The notes under the pieces are model-generated. The model was not told where the DNA came from. It ran no database searches and worked only from the letters and a program-made list of their open reading frames with translations. A DNA stretch of 64,000 nt from contig NC_087436.1 of assembly GCF_036321535.1 (NCBI RefSeq), positions 53,694,001-53,758,000 of the forward strand, given 5' to 3'. Within the stretch, counting starts at the first letter, position 1. Each line of letters starts with the position of its first letter. The position numbers and the translations under genes were made by a program. Positions 12,412 to 25,141 of the stretch are shown one piece after another. The stretch comes from Camelus dromedarius (Eukaryota).

Positions 12412-13624
12412 ACTAGCTTTTGGATCAAATTTTGACCAACTTTATTCTTTCACTTATTTATTTATTCATTTGTTCAATGAATGAATCATTTATTTAATAA
12501 GTACTCAGTGAGTGCCTGCTTCAGTGATCTTTAATCAAAGGACCTCAGCTCTCTGCTCCACACACGTTTCACACATGAGCTATTAGATTTTGGTCAATGC
12601 ATAAATTTAATTTTGATACAGATGAGAGCATCTTATTATTACAGTGATGTTGGGTCCCAAAAGTTGAGCAGGTCCTAGTACAGGACAGCCTAGAGTGGGA
12701 CACAACTTGCTCAAGGGACAACAACTGAGAGGAAGAGTAAAGTCAGTGCCTGAAAGAGACTGTTTCCTGCTCACAGAAGAACTTTGACTTTTAGAGTATG
12801 TAAGAGTGTTACCAATGGAGGAAGGACTTAGGGAATGTGGGAGGTGGGGTGGGAGAGGCAGGACTCAGTGTAGTTTTGTGTGTCAGGAGATCGTGGCTGG
12901 GTCTGGTGTCTCACAGCAGAGAACATGATGGGCTGGGAGGAGTCAGCCTTGGTCTTAGGAGGCCTGCAGTGAGGTTTGTCCTCTTCTCCATTGAAGAGGG
13001 TCCTGCCTCCAAAACGAACAGCTAACTAACTTTAGGGCTGGCCTCTCACAGCCTTGCTCCTGAATCACTGGCCATGCATGGTTATATACACCACTCCCCT
13101 GCTCTTCCTCCAAACCACCCAGCTTCTCATTTTGTGATTCATCTCTCAGTTGATAGCTTCATCTTGTCCCTTGAATTTCCTTTGTGAACAAGCTGTCATG
13201 TCAGCTTGCTGCCTTGTCCCCCTTGCCCTTCACAGAGACCCACCACTGAATACACACCACAGACCCTGGGCCACACTTTGGTGGAGCACTCTTGAAATTT
13301 ATCACTTTTTGTCAAATTTGACAGGTATTCTACTTCCAGGAAGAATTAATGGGAGAATTTCCCCATCCATATCGAATTTTACTGCTATGTTGTTAACAAA
13401 CTCTCCTGTATTTACTCCCCGCTGGCTGTGGTTGACAATTTGGAAAATTACTTATTTAGAGAAAATAAGGGCTTGAAAACATTCTATTTCCAATCATCAG
13501 GAAAACAGCACTTTTTTTTTTTTCAACTTTCCTATCAAACCTTTAACCACTCCAATTCTAAGAAATTTCTACAACCATAACTCTTTTGCTTGGTGATGCT
13601 GAATGTCAGCTGTCTGTGTTTCCA

Positions 13625-14175
13625 CAAAGGTAAACTATTCATTATAGCCCCACATCACTGCTAAATCCATCTCCCCTGAGAGATTCATTTTCTACCCTTC
13701 TCCACCAGCTCCGTGCCCTGGGAGACTGACCTGTATGACTGCACCAGCAGGCTCCCTTGCCCTCTGGCTGCCTGGGGGATTCGGCCAATAGGAGACCCTG
13801 GCAGGAGACAGAAGGGGCAAGGAAAGTACAGCAGGGTGTTTGTCCCCGTGCTCCCTCCCCACTGGGCTGCTAAAGGTTTGGCTGCAGACTCAGGAGCACC
13901 CGTCTCCCAAAGACCACAGCTCCTATCAGGTGGCCAGACCAGGTATCCACTCAGCTCTTCTCTGGGCGTCAAGTTCCAGTAACTGCTCCCTCCCTTCATT
14001 TCTTTTCTCATGGCACTGGCTCCCCACTGCTACTTTTCATGGGGAACTGCACCTTCCCTTGTTGGTTTCTCTAACTCTGTTCCTCACTTTTGTAGATTGC
14101 TCCTTTACTAAACTGCCCTCAGTTATCTAGTTTCAGTGTGCCATATGCTTCCTGCTGGAAAGTTGATTGGTTCAG
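13625..14175 (+). mobile_element. ERVL solo LTR (LTR33-like)
   Basis: ctgacctgtatgactgcacc...ctcccttgccctctggct...gccaat...gtgtgcca...ttcctgctgg matches my recollection of LTR33. Confidence 0.7.
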
Positions 14176-14559
14176 TGATTAAGCTAGAGTTGTATATAAC
14201 GCACCACAGCACATGGACGCTGGAAGGGGGCTAGTGCGTTAGGCATATTCGCTTGGTCTAAATGACCTGGTTCTGACCAGGGCCCCAGCTTCACCTCATA
14301 TATTTTTGGTCACTTCTGCAGGGCAGAGGACTAGTTTGTCCAACCTTACTGTGGGCATGGCCCTGGAACACATGCTGCTACAGGCACAGGAACAAATGTC
14401 TCTCCTCCCCACAGAGCTCTCTTTCCCCAGGGAACTTTGTTCTACTCCTCTCTCCCTGTTTCCCTCAAACCCTCCTTGCATCTCTCTGTCTCTGTCATTC
14501 ATCCGTCCATCTATCCACCCATCCATCCATGTGCCTATACAGACAAATACATATATACA

Positions 14560-16151
14560 TGTGGATATAGAATTCTTTTTTCTGAACCAATTCTTTTTTC
14601 TGAAGGTAAATTACATATGGTGTTTTGCCTTTAAATATTTCAGTGTGTGTTTCCTAAGAATAGAATATTCTCTTATATAACGACAGTACAGTTATCAACT
14701 TCATAAATTCACATTGATATAATACTTTCATCTAATCTGGCAGTCAGACCCTGATTTTGTCAGTTGATCTAATAATGTTCTTTTCAGCACTTCATTCTCC
14801 TCCAGCACAGGATTTGGTCCAGGGTTGGGTTCCTGCATTTAGGTGACATGCTCTTCCACAGCCTTTCATTGTCTTTTGTGACACTGACATTTTGAAAAAT
14901 AGAGTCCCACCTCCCACACAGGCACCCTTCTTTTTAAAAATAGAACAGTCCTCATTTTGTGTTTGTCTGGTGTTTCTTGGTGACACTGTTGGGGTTATGC
15001 ATTTCTGGCCATAGTGCCCCACAGGCGAGTTGTGTCCTTCGCAGGGTGGTGCATCAGGAGACACTCTTCACTGGTGAAGGCAATTCTGATCTCTGCTAAC
15101 TAATTACTAGGTTTTATTTTCTCTCTTGAACTAATAAGCAGTCCATGAGGAGACATGTTAAGACATGTATGTATCCTGCTCCTCATTAAAATCTCCCCCT
15201 GGATTTAGCATCCATTAGAGTTTCTTGCTGACCTACTCTTTACTCCGTGGCTGCAAAATGTTTTTCCCTCTCCAGCACTCCCTGCACGTTGGCCATTTGG
15301 CCCTCAGCATTCTGCTGCAAACAAAATAACCTTCCCCTTCGTTTATGCATACGTCTTTTAAAAATGGCGACAGGGATTGATTTTTTCAACCTCATTTTTC
15401 ACAAGTTTACTACTGTACTTAATGTCTTGGTGCTCCAGTTGTACCTGATCCGGCCAGTGGGAAGCCTTTGAGCTGTCTCCCTGGTCCTTGTAACACGCTC
15501 CACTAGTTTTGTGTGTGAGTGCATTTCTTTTCTTTCTGGCTTGAGATTTCTTTTATAAAACGCATTCTTCTTCTTAGTAGGTATGATGGTTAATTTTATG
15601 TGTCAGCTTGGCTAGGTCACAGTACCCAAGTATTTGGTCAAACACTAGTCTAGATGTCACTATGAAGTTGTTCTAGGCTCATCTTGTACCTACCCGCCCT
15701 AGCCTTCGAATCAGCCTTTTTCTGAGAAGTCCTGGTCAGTGTTTGTGAGGAACATGAGAGACCACCATCTGGGCACTAAATGTACTCATTGCTGCTGCTG
15801 GGGTGTATTTGCTTGTTGGTACTTTCAGGATGGAGGACTAGGGTGTATGAGCATGTGTATGCACTTATCCATACATGTACACACACATTAATGCACGTAC
15901 ACAGGCACACAGACACGTGTATAGACATTGACATATATATATTTCAGAAGTCCTGAGTTTGCACAGTACCTCCAGTTGCCATCCATCCATCCCCATGGCG
16001 TTCTTGCCTTGCCCCATTCCGTTTCTGTGCAGCCCCTCGTGCACAGCAAGAACCCAATGAGACCAACACAATTGTTCTTCTGCTCACATCTGTATTACAT
16101 CTAAAATATTTCCCAAATTGTTACCCATAACCCTAAATTTAACAAATCCAC
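14560..16151 (-). mobile_element. old L1MC-type 3' region, interrupted at 15541-15672
   Basis: Antisense L1MC motifs (aatatttcagtgtgt..ttcctaagaa, ggctcatcttgtac, gagaccaccatctgggcacta). Confidence 0.7.
15541..15672 (+). repeat. inverted local copy of 16461-16587 (MLT2 LTR terminus plus ~35 bp flank)
   Basis: Manual alignment: ttgagatttctttta...cttcttagta.gtatg...gtgtca.ctt...tagg.cacagtacccaa.tatttg.tcaaa...agatgtcactatga matches the reverse complement of 16461-16587. Confidence 0.85.
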
Positions 16152-16552
16152 TGTATTAGTCAGGGTCCCCAGAAAAGCAGAGCAAACAGAAGGTTGAAGA
16201 AATAGAGATTTATGTAAAGCAGTTGGCACACAAGATTGTGGAGGCTCGCAAGTCCAAAATCTATAGGGCAGGCTGGCAGGCCAGAGGCCCAGGGAAGAGT
16301 TAATGTCACAACTTGAGTCAGAATTCCTTCTTCTTTAAAGGGCCTCAGCCTTTTTCTCTTAAGGCCTTCAACTGATTGGATGAGGCCCACCTACCCACAC
16401 TGGGGAGGGTCATCTGCTTTACTCAAAGTCTACTGATTTAAATGTTAATCTCATCTGAAAAACACCCTCATAGTGACATCTGAACTGGTTTTTGATCAAA
16501 TATTTGGGTACTGTGGCCTAATTAAGTTGACACGTAATTTTAAACACCATAC
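16152..16552 (-). mobile_element. ERVL MLT2-type solo LTR
   Basis: tgtattagtcagggt...ttggcacacaagattgtggaggct...aggccttcaactgattggatgaggcccac...aagttgacac, the typical MLT2 sequence. Confidence 0.88.
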
Positions 16553-18559
16553 GTACTAAGAAGTATTTTTTTTAAAAGAAATCTCAAAGGGAAACCTGGT
16601 ATGTAACATAGAGGAATTGGGAACACCCCTATTTAAAGGTGAGGGAAGGGGTAGAACACGTCCTCTGCTGGCCTTGCTTGTCCTGAAGCCCCTAGAATTG
16701 CATGCAGCTCAGACTGAAAACTACTGCATTAGCCCAAAGGGGTCATTGATGACGGAACTGAAGGCAATGTCACTGGGGAACTCCCTTTGGGGAGGAGGGG
16801 TCAGGGAGACCTTTCAGACCTCACCCATGCCTCTGCACTGTGAAGCAGGTCCTACCCACAGTTCTCATGGCTTCTCCTTTTCCCGTGCTCAGGTCGGGGA
16901 CCAGGACACACACTGGACAAGCTCTTTTCAAATCCTCCTCTCCCCTGACACTCATACACTTCCTCTGAGCCATAGAAGGCAAAGAAATACACACTGACTT
17001 TTTTTCCCTTAAGTCTGGGGATGGAGAGTCACTGCTGATATGGAGTTCCCTAGGAAATTTTGTTATCTCAAAGTACATGGCTACAGTACTCCTCAGATAA
17101 AGGCTTCTCTCCTGGGTAAGGAACAGTATTCCAGATAACCGTGCCTCCCACAGCCCAGATCACACGCTTATCTGTGCTGTGCGACCGTGTCAGTTTTGCT
17201 TCAGTAGAAGCATTTTATTCTGCTGAGACAGTGGGGAGCAGCTGTTTGATCCTTGACCAAAGATAACCCTGGGGATGTTCTGTCTTACATGCTGGGAATT
17301 CTCAGTGAGATGGCCATCTACAGAATCCTGGAGAGACAGGAGGGCCTCAGTTCCAACCTAAAGCACATCGTGGAGATCTGCACACATGTGGTCACCCGGC
17401 AAGATTCTTCAGTGCTTGGCGTGGAAGGGAGTCATTGGATTGGAGCAGAGGGACCCACGTTCTTCCGTCCTTGTGCACTTTGGAAGGGCTCACGGGCACA
17501 GCCCAGGCTGCAGCTGTTCTGAGTCTTTGGGCATCACGGTGACCCATGGTGGGCAGTCTGTGCCAGGGCATTCTTCAGGGGCCTGGAGCAACGAGGCATG
17601 CCCACCGTTGTCACAGGCGGTTAGTGACCTGCTCGGAGGAAAAGAGCTGCAGAAGCTAAGAAAAGTTCCTGCAGCTGTGGGGAATGAGGGAGGGAGGCTG
17701 ACAATAAAATTCTTTCCCCAGGGCTGGCTGTTCTTCCCAGGTGCACGCACTGCCCCTAGTAGGACCGGGTAGATTGTCGTCTGCAACCCAGATTCAGTAC
17801 ATCTTTCCCCTGATCAAAATTCTTTAGGATATGGCCCAAACTTGTTTCTAATCTGTGTTGTTTGGCCTGACTCTGGGTCCCTTTCCAGACCCTCTGTCCC
17901 ATAAACAATATGCGTCTGCCGCACCGTACTGTTCTCTGTTCAGGAAACGTGCCCTGTTCCCACGGGAACGTGCAGCTTTGCGCTGCGCTTCCTTTTCCTA
18001 TAGTGTCCTTTCACACCCTCGTCTGGTAAATGCCTCTTCTTTAAGACCCAGTTCAAACCTCACTCCCCCACATCACTCTCTCTGACTTCCCTTCCCTAAG
18101 TCCTTTTCTGGGCTCCGTGGCATCTAGGCGTGTCCTCCCATGGCTACAATTACTCATTACTACGGCTGCCCCTGGCTGCCCGGCTGCCTGGCTGCTGCCT
18201 CCCCAGTGTGTCCATTTGTCCTGTGAGGCCCTGGGACGTGAAGCCGGTTGGCTGGGCCGGGGCTGCTCAGCCAGACCCTGTGCCCCGCCGTGTTCACAGC
18301 CTGGGTCTGAAGGACCCTCTCTGCTGCAGCTCATGCTGACTCGCTGTCCTGCTGGGGGCCTCTGCACCTCCTTGCTTCCTACTTTGCCCTCCATCCCTGG
18401 CCTGCTCTTCTCCTAGATTTGTGGCTGGGTGTCTTTCCTTCAGGACTAAGCTTAGATTTTAGTTCCTGTTGGTACTTGCCCTTTGGTTGTGATTGCTTTT
18501 GGCTCCTTTAAGTAACATCTGTGTTCATTCCAATCTGGCCTCCAGCATCAGCTCCCAGT

Positions 18560-18720
18560 GTCCCTCCTCTTCCCGTTGAGGGACCCTGACCCCAGAGACA
18601 GAAGCCAGGCACCACCATACCGTCAGCTCTAGGGTTGGAATAGCATCTGCATGGCGGCCGGCACAGCGTCTGGCGTGTAGTGGGAATCAGTGCTCGTTGC
18701 GTAAGGGAATAAATAAATCC
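18560..18720 (+). mobile_element. L2 3' end
   Basis: gcacagcgtctggcgtgtagtggga..cagtgctcgttg...aataaataaa resembles the L2 terminus. Confidence 0.5.
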
Positions 18721-18947
18721 TGTTAGTCTCACATGATATGATTTAATACAAAACTCTGTTAACAGTACGTATCTCAGAGGAGTGATTACAGAGAGTTCAG
18801 GGGAGAAGAGGGAAACTAACATTTTCATTCTATACCCTTTTCTACTTTTAGAATGATTTTTTTTACCATGAATATCTTTTAATTAGCAATAACAACCACA
18901 ATAAAGCATTCAGACAACCACAGCATCAACACGGTGCCTGTGCTTCC

Positions 18948-19300
18948 TGTATGAGTTGGCTACGGCTGCCCTAACAAACACCGCAGACTGGGTGGCTTAA
19001 ACGACAGTTTATTTTCACCCAGCTCTGGAGGCTGGAAGTCTGAGATCAAGGTGTCAGCAGGGTTGGTTTTTTCTGAGGCCTCTCTGCTTACTTTGCAGAT
19101 GGCTGCCTTCTCACTGTGTCTCCAGATGCTCTTCCCTCTCTGTGTGCTTGTGTGCTAATTTCTTCCTCTTATAGCCACACCAGTCATATCAGATAAGGGC
19201 TCACCCTCACATCTCTTTAAGGACCATGTCCCAGTACAGTCACATTCTGCACTGTGGGGGTTAGGGCTTCGGCATATGAATTTTGGGGCACAATGCTTCC
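18948..19300 (-). mobile_element. MaLR solo LTR (MLT1A/A0-like)
   Basis: agactgggtggcttaaac...ctggaggctggaagtctgagatcaaggtgtcagcagggttggttt...catatgaattttgggg. Confidence 0.88.
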
Positions 19301-19436
19301 CAGTGGGAATTAACCCCCTCCAGTGGGGAGCAGGCATGGGAGCTGACTGTAAAGCCCCCCTCCTCCTCTAGCCTGCCCTGTCTCACCATCAGTAGCAGCA
19401 CACCTCCCTGCCTCCCTGCTGCCTGGAAGACCACCT

Positions 19437-19568
19437 AGCAGTTCTCACTTGTGCTGGTGCAGCTAAGCCAGCCTGGTGTTCATCCTCCATTCTGGCTGCA
19501 CCCAGAATCACACAGGAAGATTTACAAATTCTGATGTGAGTCTAACGTGCAGCCAAGGTTGGTCATCA
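19437..19568. mobile_element. MER5A-like hAT-Charlie MITE
   Basis: gttctca...cagaatcac...ctaacgtgcagccaaggttg motifs. Confidence 0.5.
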
Positions 19569-20344
19569 TGGGTGTAGACCCTCTCAGCCAGGCCTATGGA
19601 CGTGGGTAGAAACTCAAGGTACACGCAGCCGCTGCCCTGCTCACTCTGTTGCCAGTGGTGATTTCAGGCAGGTGGAAGCCACGACCGGGTGCAGGTTTCT
19701 GAGGCGAAGCTTTCAAATGAACTCTGAAGTTGCTCAAGTCTGTGTCTAGAGAGTAAAGAGAGGAAATCCAGAAATTCATCTTTATAGGTCTTCTATTTAG
19801 TAATAAAATTGCAGATGCTTGATAAAAGTTTGTTGAATAAATGGACAAGGAGGGGAGTGAACACAATGAATGAATGAACAGTCATCTCCCAACTGTGCAA
19901 TACTCTTCACTAATTCCTTTATAATAACGTCTGCCAGGTATGGAGTTCTGGCGTGAGTCTGGATGAGCAATTTCTCTTTTCATCTCCCCTTTTCTGTACC
20001 TCTGAAGACCACCGCTTACAACACTGTTACTTTAGACAGGGTCCAAGGCCATCTATTATGTAACAGCGTCCTTTAACTTTGTAGTTTCTCTTCAGCCGTG
20101 GCCGTGGGAGTTGGCAGCTACCTTGGATCAAGCAGCACAGTCTGCAGTTTTTACTCCTTCTACTTGCAGTTTCTTGAGACTGAAGTTTCTTCTGGTTTCT
20201 GTCCACTTTGGGATGCTTCCAGATGTTTCACATATTGTTTTCCACTTTGTCCAGTTTGTATATGAATCTGCTAGGGGTTTGCATGACTGCTTAACTCCTC
20301 GTCTACTAGTGACGCAACTAGTATCCAAGCTGTTTGACAAGTAA

Positions 20345-20530
20345 TAACAACTAAGCTAAGCTTTTAATGAGCACATGGGCCGAGGTAGTCACTGGACTGA
20401 ATTCTTTATATGGATTGTCTCCATTTTATTCTCAAAATGACCCTATTCTGTGGATCCTTCTACTATCCCACTTGACACATATGAAGACAGAAACTCAGGT
20501 TTCAGCGTTTACCCCAGGTCACATAGAATA
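20345..20530 (-). mobile_element. MIR SINE
   Basis: Antisense MIR core (ctcaaaatgaccctat...atgaagacagaaactcagg...ccccaggtcaca). Confidence 0.55.
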
Positions 20531-21044
20531 GTTGTCAGTGCCCCTCCTGTGTCTTAGCCACACAAGAAGCCCTTTTATAAAGAAAAAAAAAAAGCTTAGA
20601 GCCCACATAGTTATAAGGTTATTAATTTAGTGTGCAAACAGTAGATTACAGCTACCGTTTATAGATAATGGATTCACAAAGCCCTGGCAACAGCCCTTCA
20701 CAGTGGTTTTGGAATCTCTGTTATGATGTTGACTTTGGGTTGAGCTATTGTTACGCAAGTTGATTTATCTACCAATTTGCAAACATCTTGGTGTGGCTCA
20801 CTCTACACTAGTCAGTTTTGGTTAGTTTTACCCCCAGCAGAAACTACAGAGCTCCTAAATGAGGAGCTATCACCCCACACGCGCTAGGATGGCCAAAATG
20901 ATAACACTGATAAGAATACCAAGTGTGGATGAAGCTGTAGGGTGACTGGAACTCGCACACCTTACTAGAGAGCGGTCTGCCATGGAGCCATCGGACCCTT
21001 TAAACCATGCTTATGGATAATTTTGATAAATATCTATTTGCTCT

Positions 21045-22445
21045 AATTCTCCACATTAACATTTTATAAAAGAAAAACCATATGGTTATCTCAAAATTTA
21101 ACCTAAGAAGCATTAGATAAAGTTGCATATACCTTCCTGAAAAAACCACTTAGAAAACTAGTAAGAGAAGAAACTTTCTTAACCCGATAAAGGGTTTCTA
21201 CCAGAACTCACTGATAACATCCCATGTAATCATGTACAAGAAAAAACATTTCATTACAAATCAGGAAAAGTAAAAAACCCATTTTACTGTGTCTATCTTA
21301 TCATATACCCTATGAGTGTAGTGAGTTAAAAAAGAAATAAAAATAAAAAGAAAGGTATGTAGGTTGCCAAGGAAGAAGCAACACTGCCATTGTTCACCAT
21401 TTACGTCTACATGGAAAGTCCAGGGGAACCTACAGGCTAATTACTAGGACTGACCAATGAACTTGGCAAGAGTGCTGGATACAAATGCATAAAAAATCAA
21501 TTGGCAACATGGACGGACCTGGAGATTGTCATTCTAAGTGAAGTCATCCAGAAAGAGAGGAAAAAAATACCATCTGTTATCACTCATATGTGGAATCTAA
21601 AATATGACACAAATGAACTTATTTACAAAACAGAAACAGACTCACAGACATAGAAAACAAACTTATGGTGACCAGGGGGGTAAGGGGGTGGAAAGGGATA
21701 AATTGAGAGGTCGAGATTTGCAAATACTAACTACTAAATATAAAATAGATAAACAACAAGTTTCTACTGTATAACACAGGGAACTTTATCTCATAGTAAC
21801 CTATAATGAAAAAGAATATGAAAAGGAATGTATATGTGTATATGTGTGACTGAAACATTATGTTGTACACCAGAAATTGATATAACATTATAAACTGACT
21901 ATACTTCAATTAAAAAAAATCAATTGTATTCCTACACCCTGGCAACAAATGTAAAAAATATAATTAAGAAAGACTCTATTTTAAACAGCAACGAAAATAC
22001 CATAGTACATAAGAATAAATCTTTCAAAAGATATGCAAGACTGCTTTGGAGATAATTATAAAATGTAGTAAAAATTAAAGCCAATCTAAGTAGAAACATA
22101 TATCATGCTTTTGGATGGGAATGCTCAATATCTTAAAGCTATTAAATGTCCCCCAAATTAGTAGAATCAATCAATGCAATTCCAATAAAAACTCAATGAA
22201 TTTTTTCCTCTTTTATTGAAAGATTAATTCTAAAGTGTATGAAGAAGTGTAAAAGACCAAGAAGAGCCAAGAAAATTCTGGCAAAATGAAAATTCAGGGA
22301 CTCACTTTATCACATACCTTATAAAAAAATCTACAGTAATGCAGGGGGAGGTATTAAAAACAACGTAAATAGACCAGTGGAACAGAATAAAGAGCCAGCA
22401 ACAGATTTATGAATACGTGGAAATTAGATATATGACACAGGTGAT
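21045..22445 (+). mobile_element. old L1 ORF2 fragment (L1M-type) hosting a younger L1 insertion
   Basis: A-rich degenerate ORF2 sequence (gaagcattagataaa...aaatagaccagtggaacagaataagagagcca). Confidence 0.75.
21504..21913 (+). mobile_element. young 5'-truncated L1 3'UTR insertion
   Basis: Runs gcaacatggacggacctggag...aactgactatacttcaattaaaa; perfect TSD aaaaaatcaattg at 21491-21503 and 21914-21926. Confidence 0.92.
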
Positions 22446-22546
22446 TGTAAATCATGTTTTCAAATCACTCTTAGGTTTAGTTTTTACATATATAACTTTA
22501 ATTTTCAGTATAATAAGTGTAAAATAACCATGAGCCCCCAAGGCGC

Positions 22547-23354
22547 TGTGTAAAGGAAAAACTGTTTTGTCTTCTATTCTCATACTCAGTTCTTCTGGCC
22601 ACCAAATGTGTGTATGTGTGTGTTGGGGGGTTTCCCACACTAACCAACTGGGTGTCCTACAACTTTGACTCAGATCTGACACTGTCTGACTTGAGAGCAC
22701 CTGGTCCCACAGGTTAAGGCTCAGGCCCACAAGACTGCATCCCAGCTTCAGACACCAAATGCAAGTCCAAGTTGTCACCTGGACTTCTGACTGATTGGCT
22801 ATAAGTCATTGTTAGAACAGCTCATGGAACTCAGGAAAACAGTTTACTTACTTGATTACCAGTTTATTACAAAGGATATAACTCAGGAACGTCCAGATGG
22901 AAGAGACGCACAGGGCAAGCTACAGGGGAAGGGGCAAGGAGTTTCCATGCCCTCTCCAGCCACCTTCCCAGCAGCTCCATGTGTTCACCAAACGAGAAGC
23001 TCTCAGTGCTCTAGAGATTTTTATGGAGGCTTTGGTATGTAGGCAGGATTGATTAAATCACTGGCCATTGGTAATCAAATTCAGTCTCCAGCCGTTCTCC
23101 CCTTTCCAGAGGTGGGAAAAATGGAGCTGACCATTCCAACCCTCTAATCACAAGGTTGGTTCCTCTGGCAACCAGCCCCACCATTAGGGGCTTTGCAAAA
23201 GTCACCTCATAAACTCAGGTGTGGTTGAAAGGGCTTATAAGTAACACCTTTCTCTCTCCTTATCACTTGGGAAATTCCAAGGTTTTAGGAGCTCTGCATC
23301 AGGAATGGGATGAAGACCAAATACGTATTTCTTATGATAAATCACAATATCACA
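22547..23354 (-). mobile_element. ERV solo LTR (MER21-like)
   Basis: Begins tgtaaaggaaaa and ends tttcttatgataaatcacaatatcaca; internal cagctcatggaactcaggaaaacagtttactta motif. Confidence 0.8.
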
Positions 23355-24169
23355 TATTGTTTGCTTAGAAGTCAGTTACCTGAGTTCCGAGCGCCTTCCC
23401 AAGACAGCCTCTCCCATCACCCAACACTCACGGCCAAGTCTTCTCTTGTTACATTTTATGTATGAGCTCAGTTTACTTAGTTTCAAATGTTGCTTATTAT
23501 TTTTATAAACTTATTTTCATTGTCCAATACCATTGAAGTATTCTTCTGTCAAACTTCCTTAGGTATCCTCAGTTACGCATGTCTGATACCTCTTCACATT
23601 AGAAGTAGTGGAAAGATTTTATTCATCTAACAGCTTTTCCCTAAGCAGCAGGGCTCTCGGGAAGCACCTGTCTGCAGCAAGGCAGAGAAGGATATCTCTT
23701 GGTCTTTTTCTCTAGATGGCAAAGAAGTCCTATTACACTTGGAAGGCAGGAAACAAGATAAAGAGTAGAGGAGAAAAATAGGAAGAATGGGAGAATCTGG
23801 GACAAGAACAAAAGACTAGCATCTTAAAACAATGAAGAGAAAGCATGTTTTCATTACAGTTCCCTGACTGAAGGACCACTGCTGATCAAGTGTGTATTTA
23901 TGGAACTGAGTTAGTATTTTAGCATCACAGTGTCCAGGAATTAGGCTGACTGTATCAGCAGGGATTGAAGCAAAGCATCTGTGGGGGATTCTTTCAGCTG
24001 AATCTTCCTTAGTTTGATGACAAGTGGTTTGTCGCAAAGTTCAACCAGGTTCCCCTCTACCCTCCAACCTAATGTAAAAGATGCAGCTATTCAAAAATGT
24101 TCTTGGTTTTATGAGGCATATGCCTCCCACAAAACAGCTACTCAACAGATTGGACTAGATAACAACTAG

Positions 24170-24370
24170 CATTATTAGTAATACGAGGTAACTGGATGAC
24201 TGAGTTCTCACCACATGCTAAGTGCTCCACGTGTACTTTCCCACTGAATCTTCACTACATCATCACAAGCCCAGTACTATTATTATCCCACATTTATAAC
24301 TGAGGCCACTGATGACACATTAATATGCCCACCTGGCAGAGTTGGAACGTGGCATGGATTTCAGTCCGGC
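24170..24370 (-). mobile_element. MIR SINE
   Basis: tactattattatcccacatttataactgagg core. Confidence 0.55.
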
Positions 24371-24977
24371 GTCAGGTACCGCCATGGCTTAGAGCTGCCT
24401 CTTGGGAAGGAAGGATGGGTGATCCCAGGAGCCCACATGGCATTTCTGAGAAGACATTCCCAGGACTCAGGGTGAGAGAAAAGCAGGGAGAAATTCTGCC
24501 TTCTGTGGGTCTTAGCCATTCAACCTTTCTTCTTGGGAGACTGACTGGTCTGTTTACCTGAGGTTGTCCCCTCCCTGATGGCCATCCTCCTGATGGAGGA
24601 TGGTGCTTGGGAAAAGGAGAGACAGGAGAACCAGGCTGCAGAAGCTCCAGTGGCTGTGGTGGCAGGTGTCCCCTCTGAGGGTGCAGGGCCAGTTCCAGGC
24701 AATGTGGTGACCCAGGGATGTGGACCTCTGCCATTTCTTGGAAATGGCCCCCTATTGTCCTACCAGAACGGTAGACTGGGGACCAGCTGGCCGAGGTTCT
24801 GATCCCAGCAGTCACCACCTGGATAAGTACTAACCATAGGTGAGCCTTTTAACCTCTCAGAGACTCAGTTGCCTCTTTAATTAAATGAGGATGTTGGACT
24901 AGGTAAATTTGAAAGTTTCTAATCATTTGATTCTTCACTCATAACTTTTTCCCCATATATCTATTAGTGGATTGTAA

Positions 24978-25141
24978 CAGTGATTTTCAAACAATGTTCC
25001 ATGGAGGTGATTCAGAAATCCTGCAAAGAATAAGATGTTTTCCACTAAGCAAGGAAGCCATTGAAATATCTATTTCTATACTATTATTTCTAATGAGATT
25101 TTACTTGAAAAGAGTTCATTGCTATTCAATTTGAAAATCAT
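24978..25141. mobile_element. hAT-Charlie MITE
   Basis: Inverted termini cagtgattttcaaa and tttgaaaatca. Confidence 0.5.

Noticed and set aside
24372..24818. 148-aa minus-strand ORF (longest in the window)
   Set aside because: Pro/Ser/Gly-rich translation of GC-rich DNA, non-ATG start, bounded by MIR fragments; no family resemblance.
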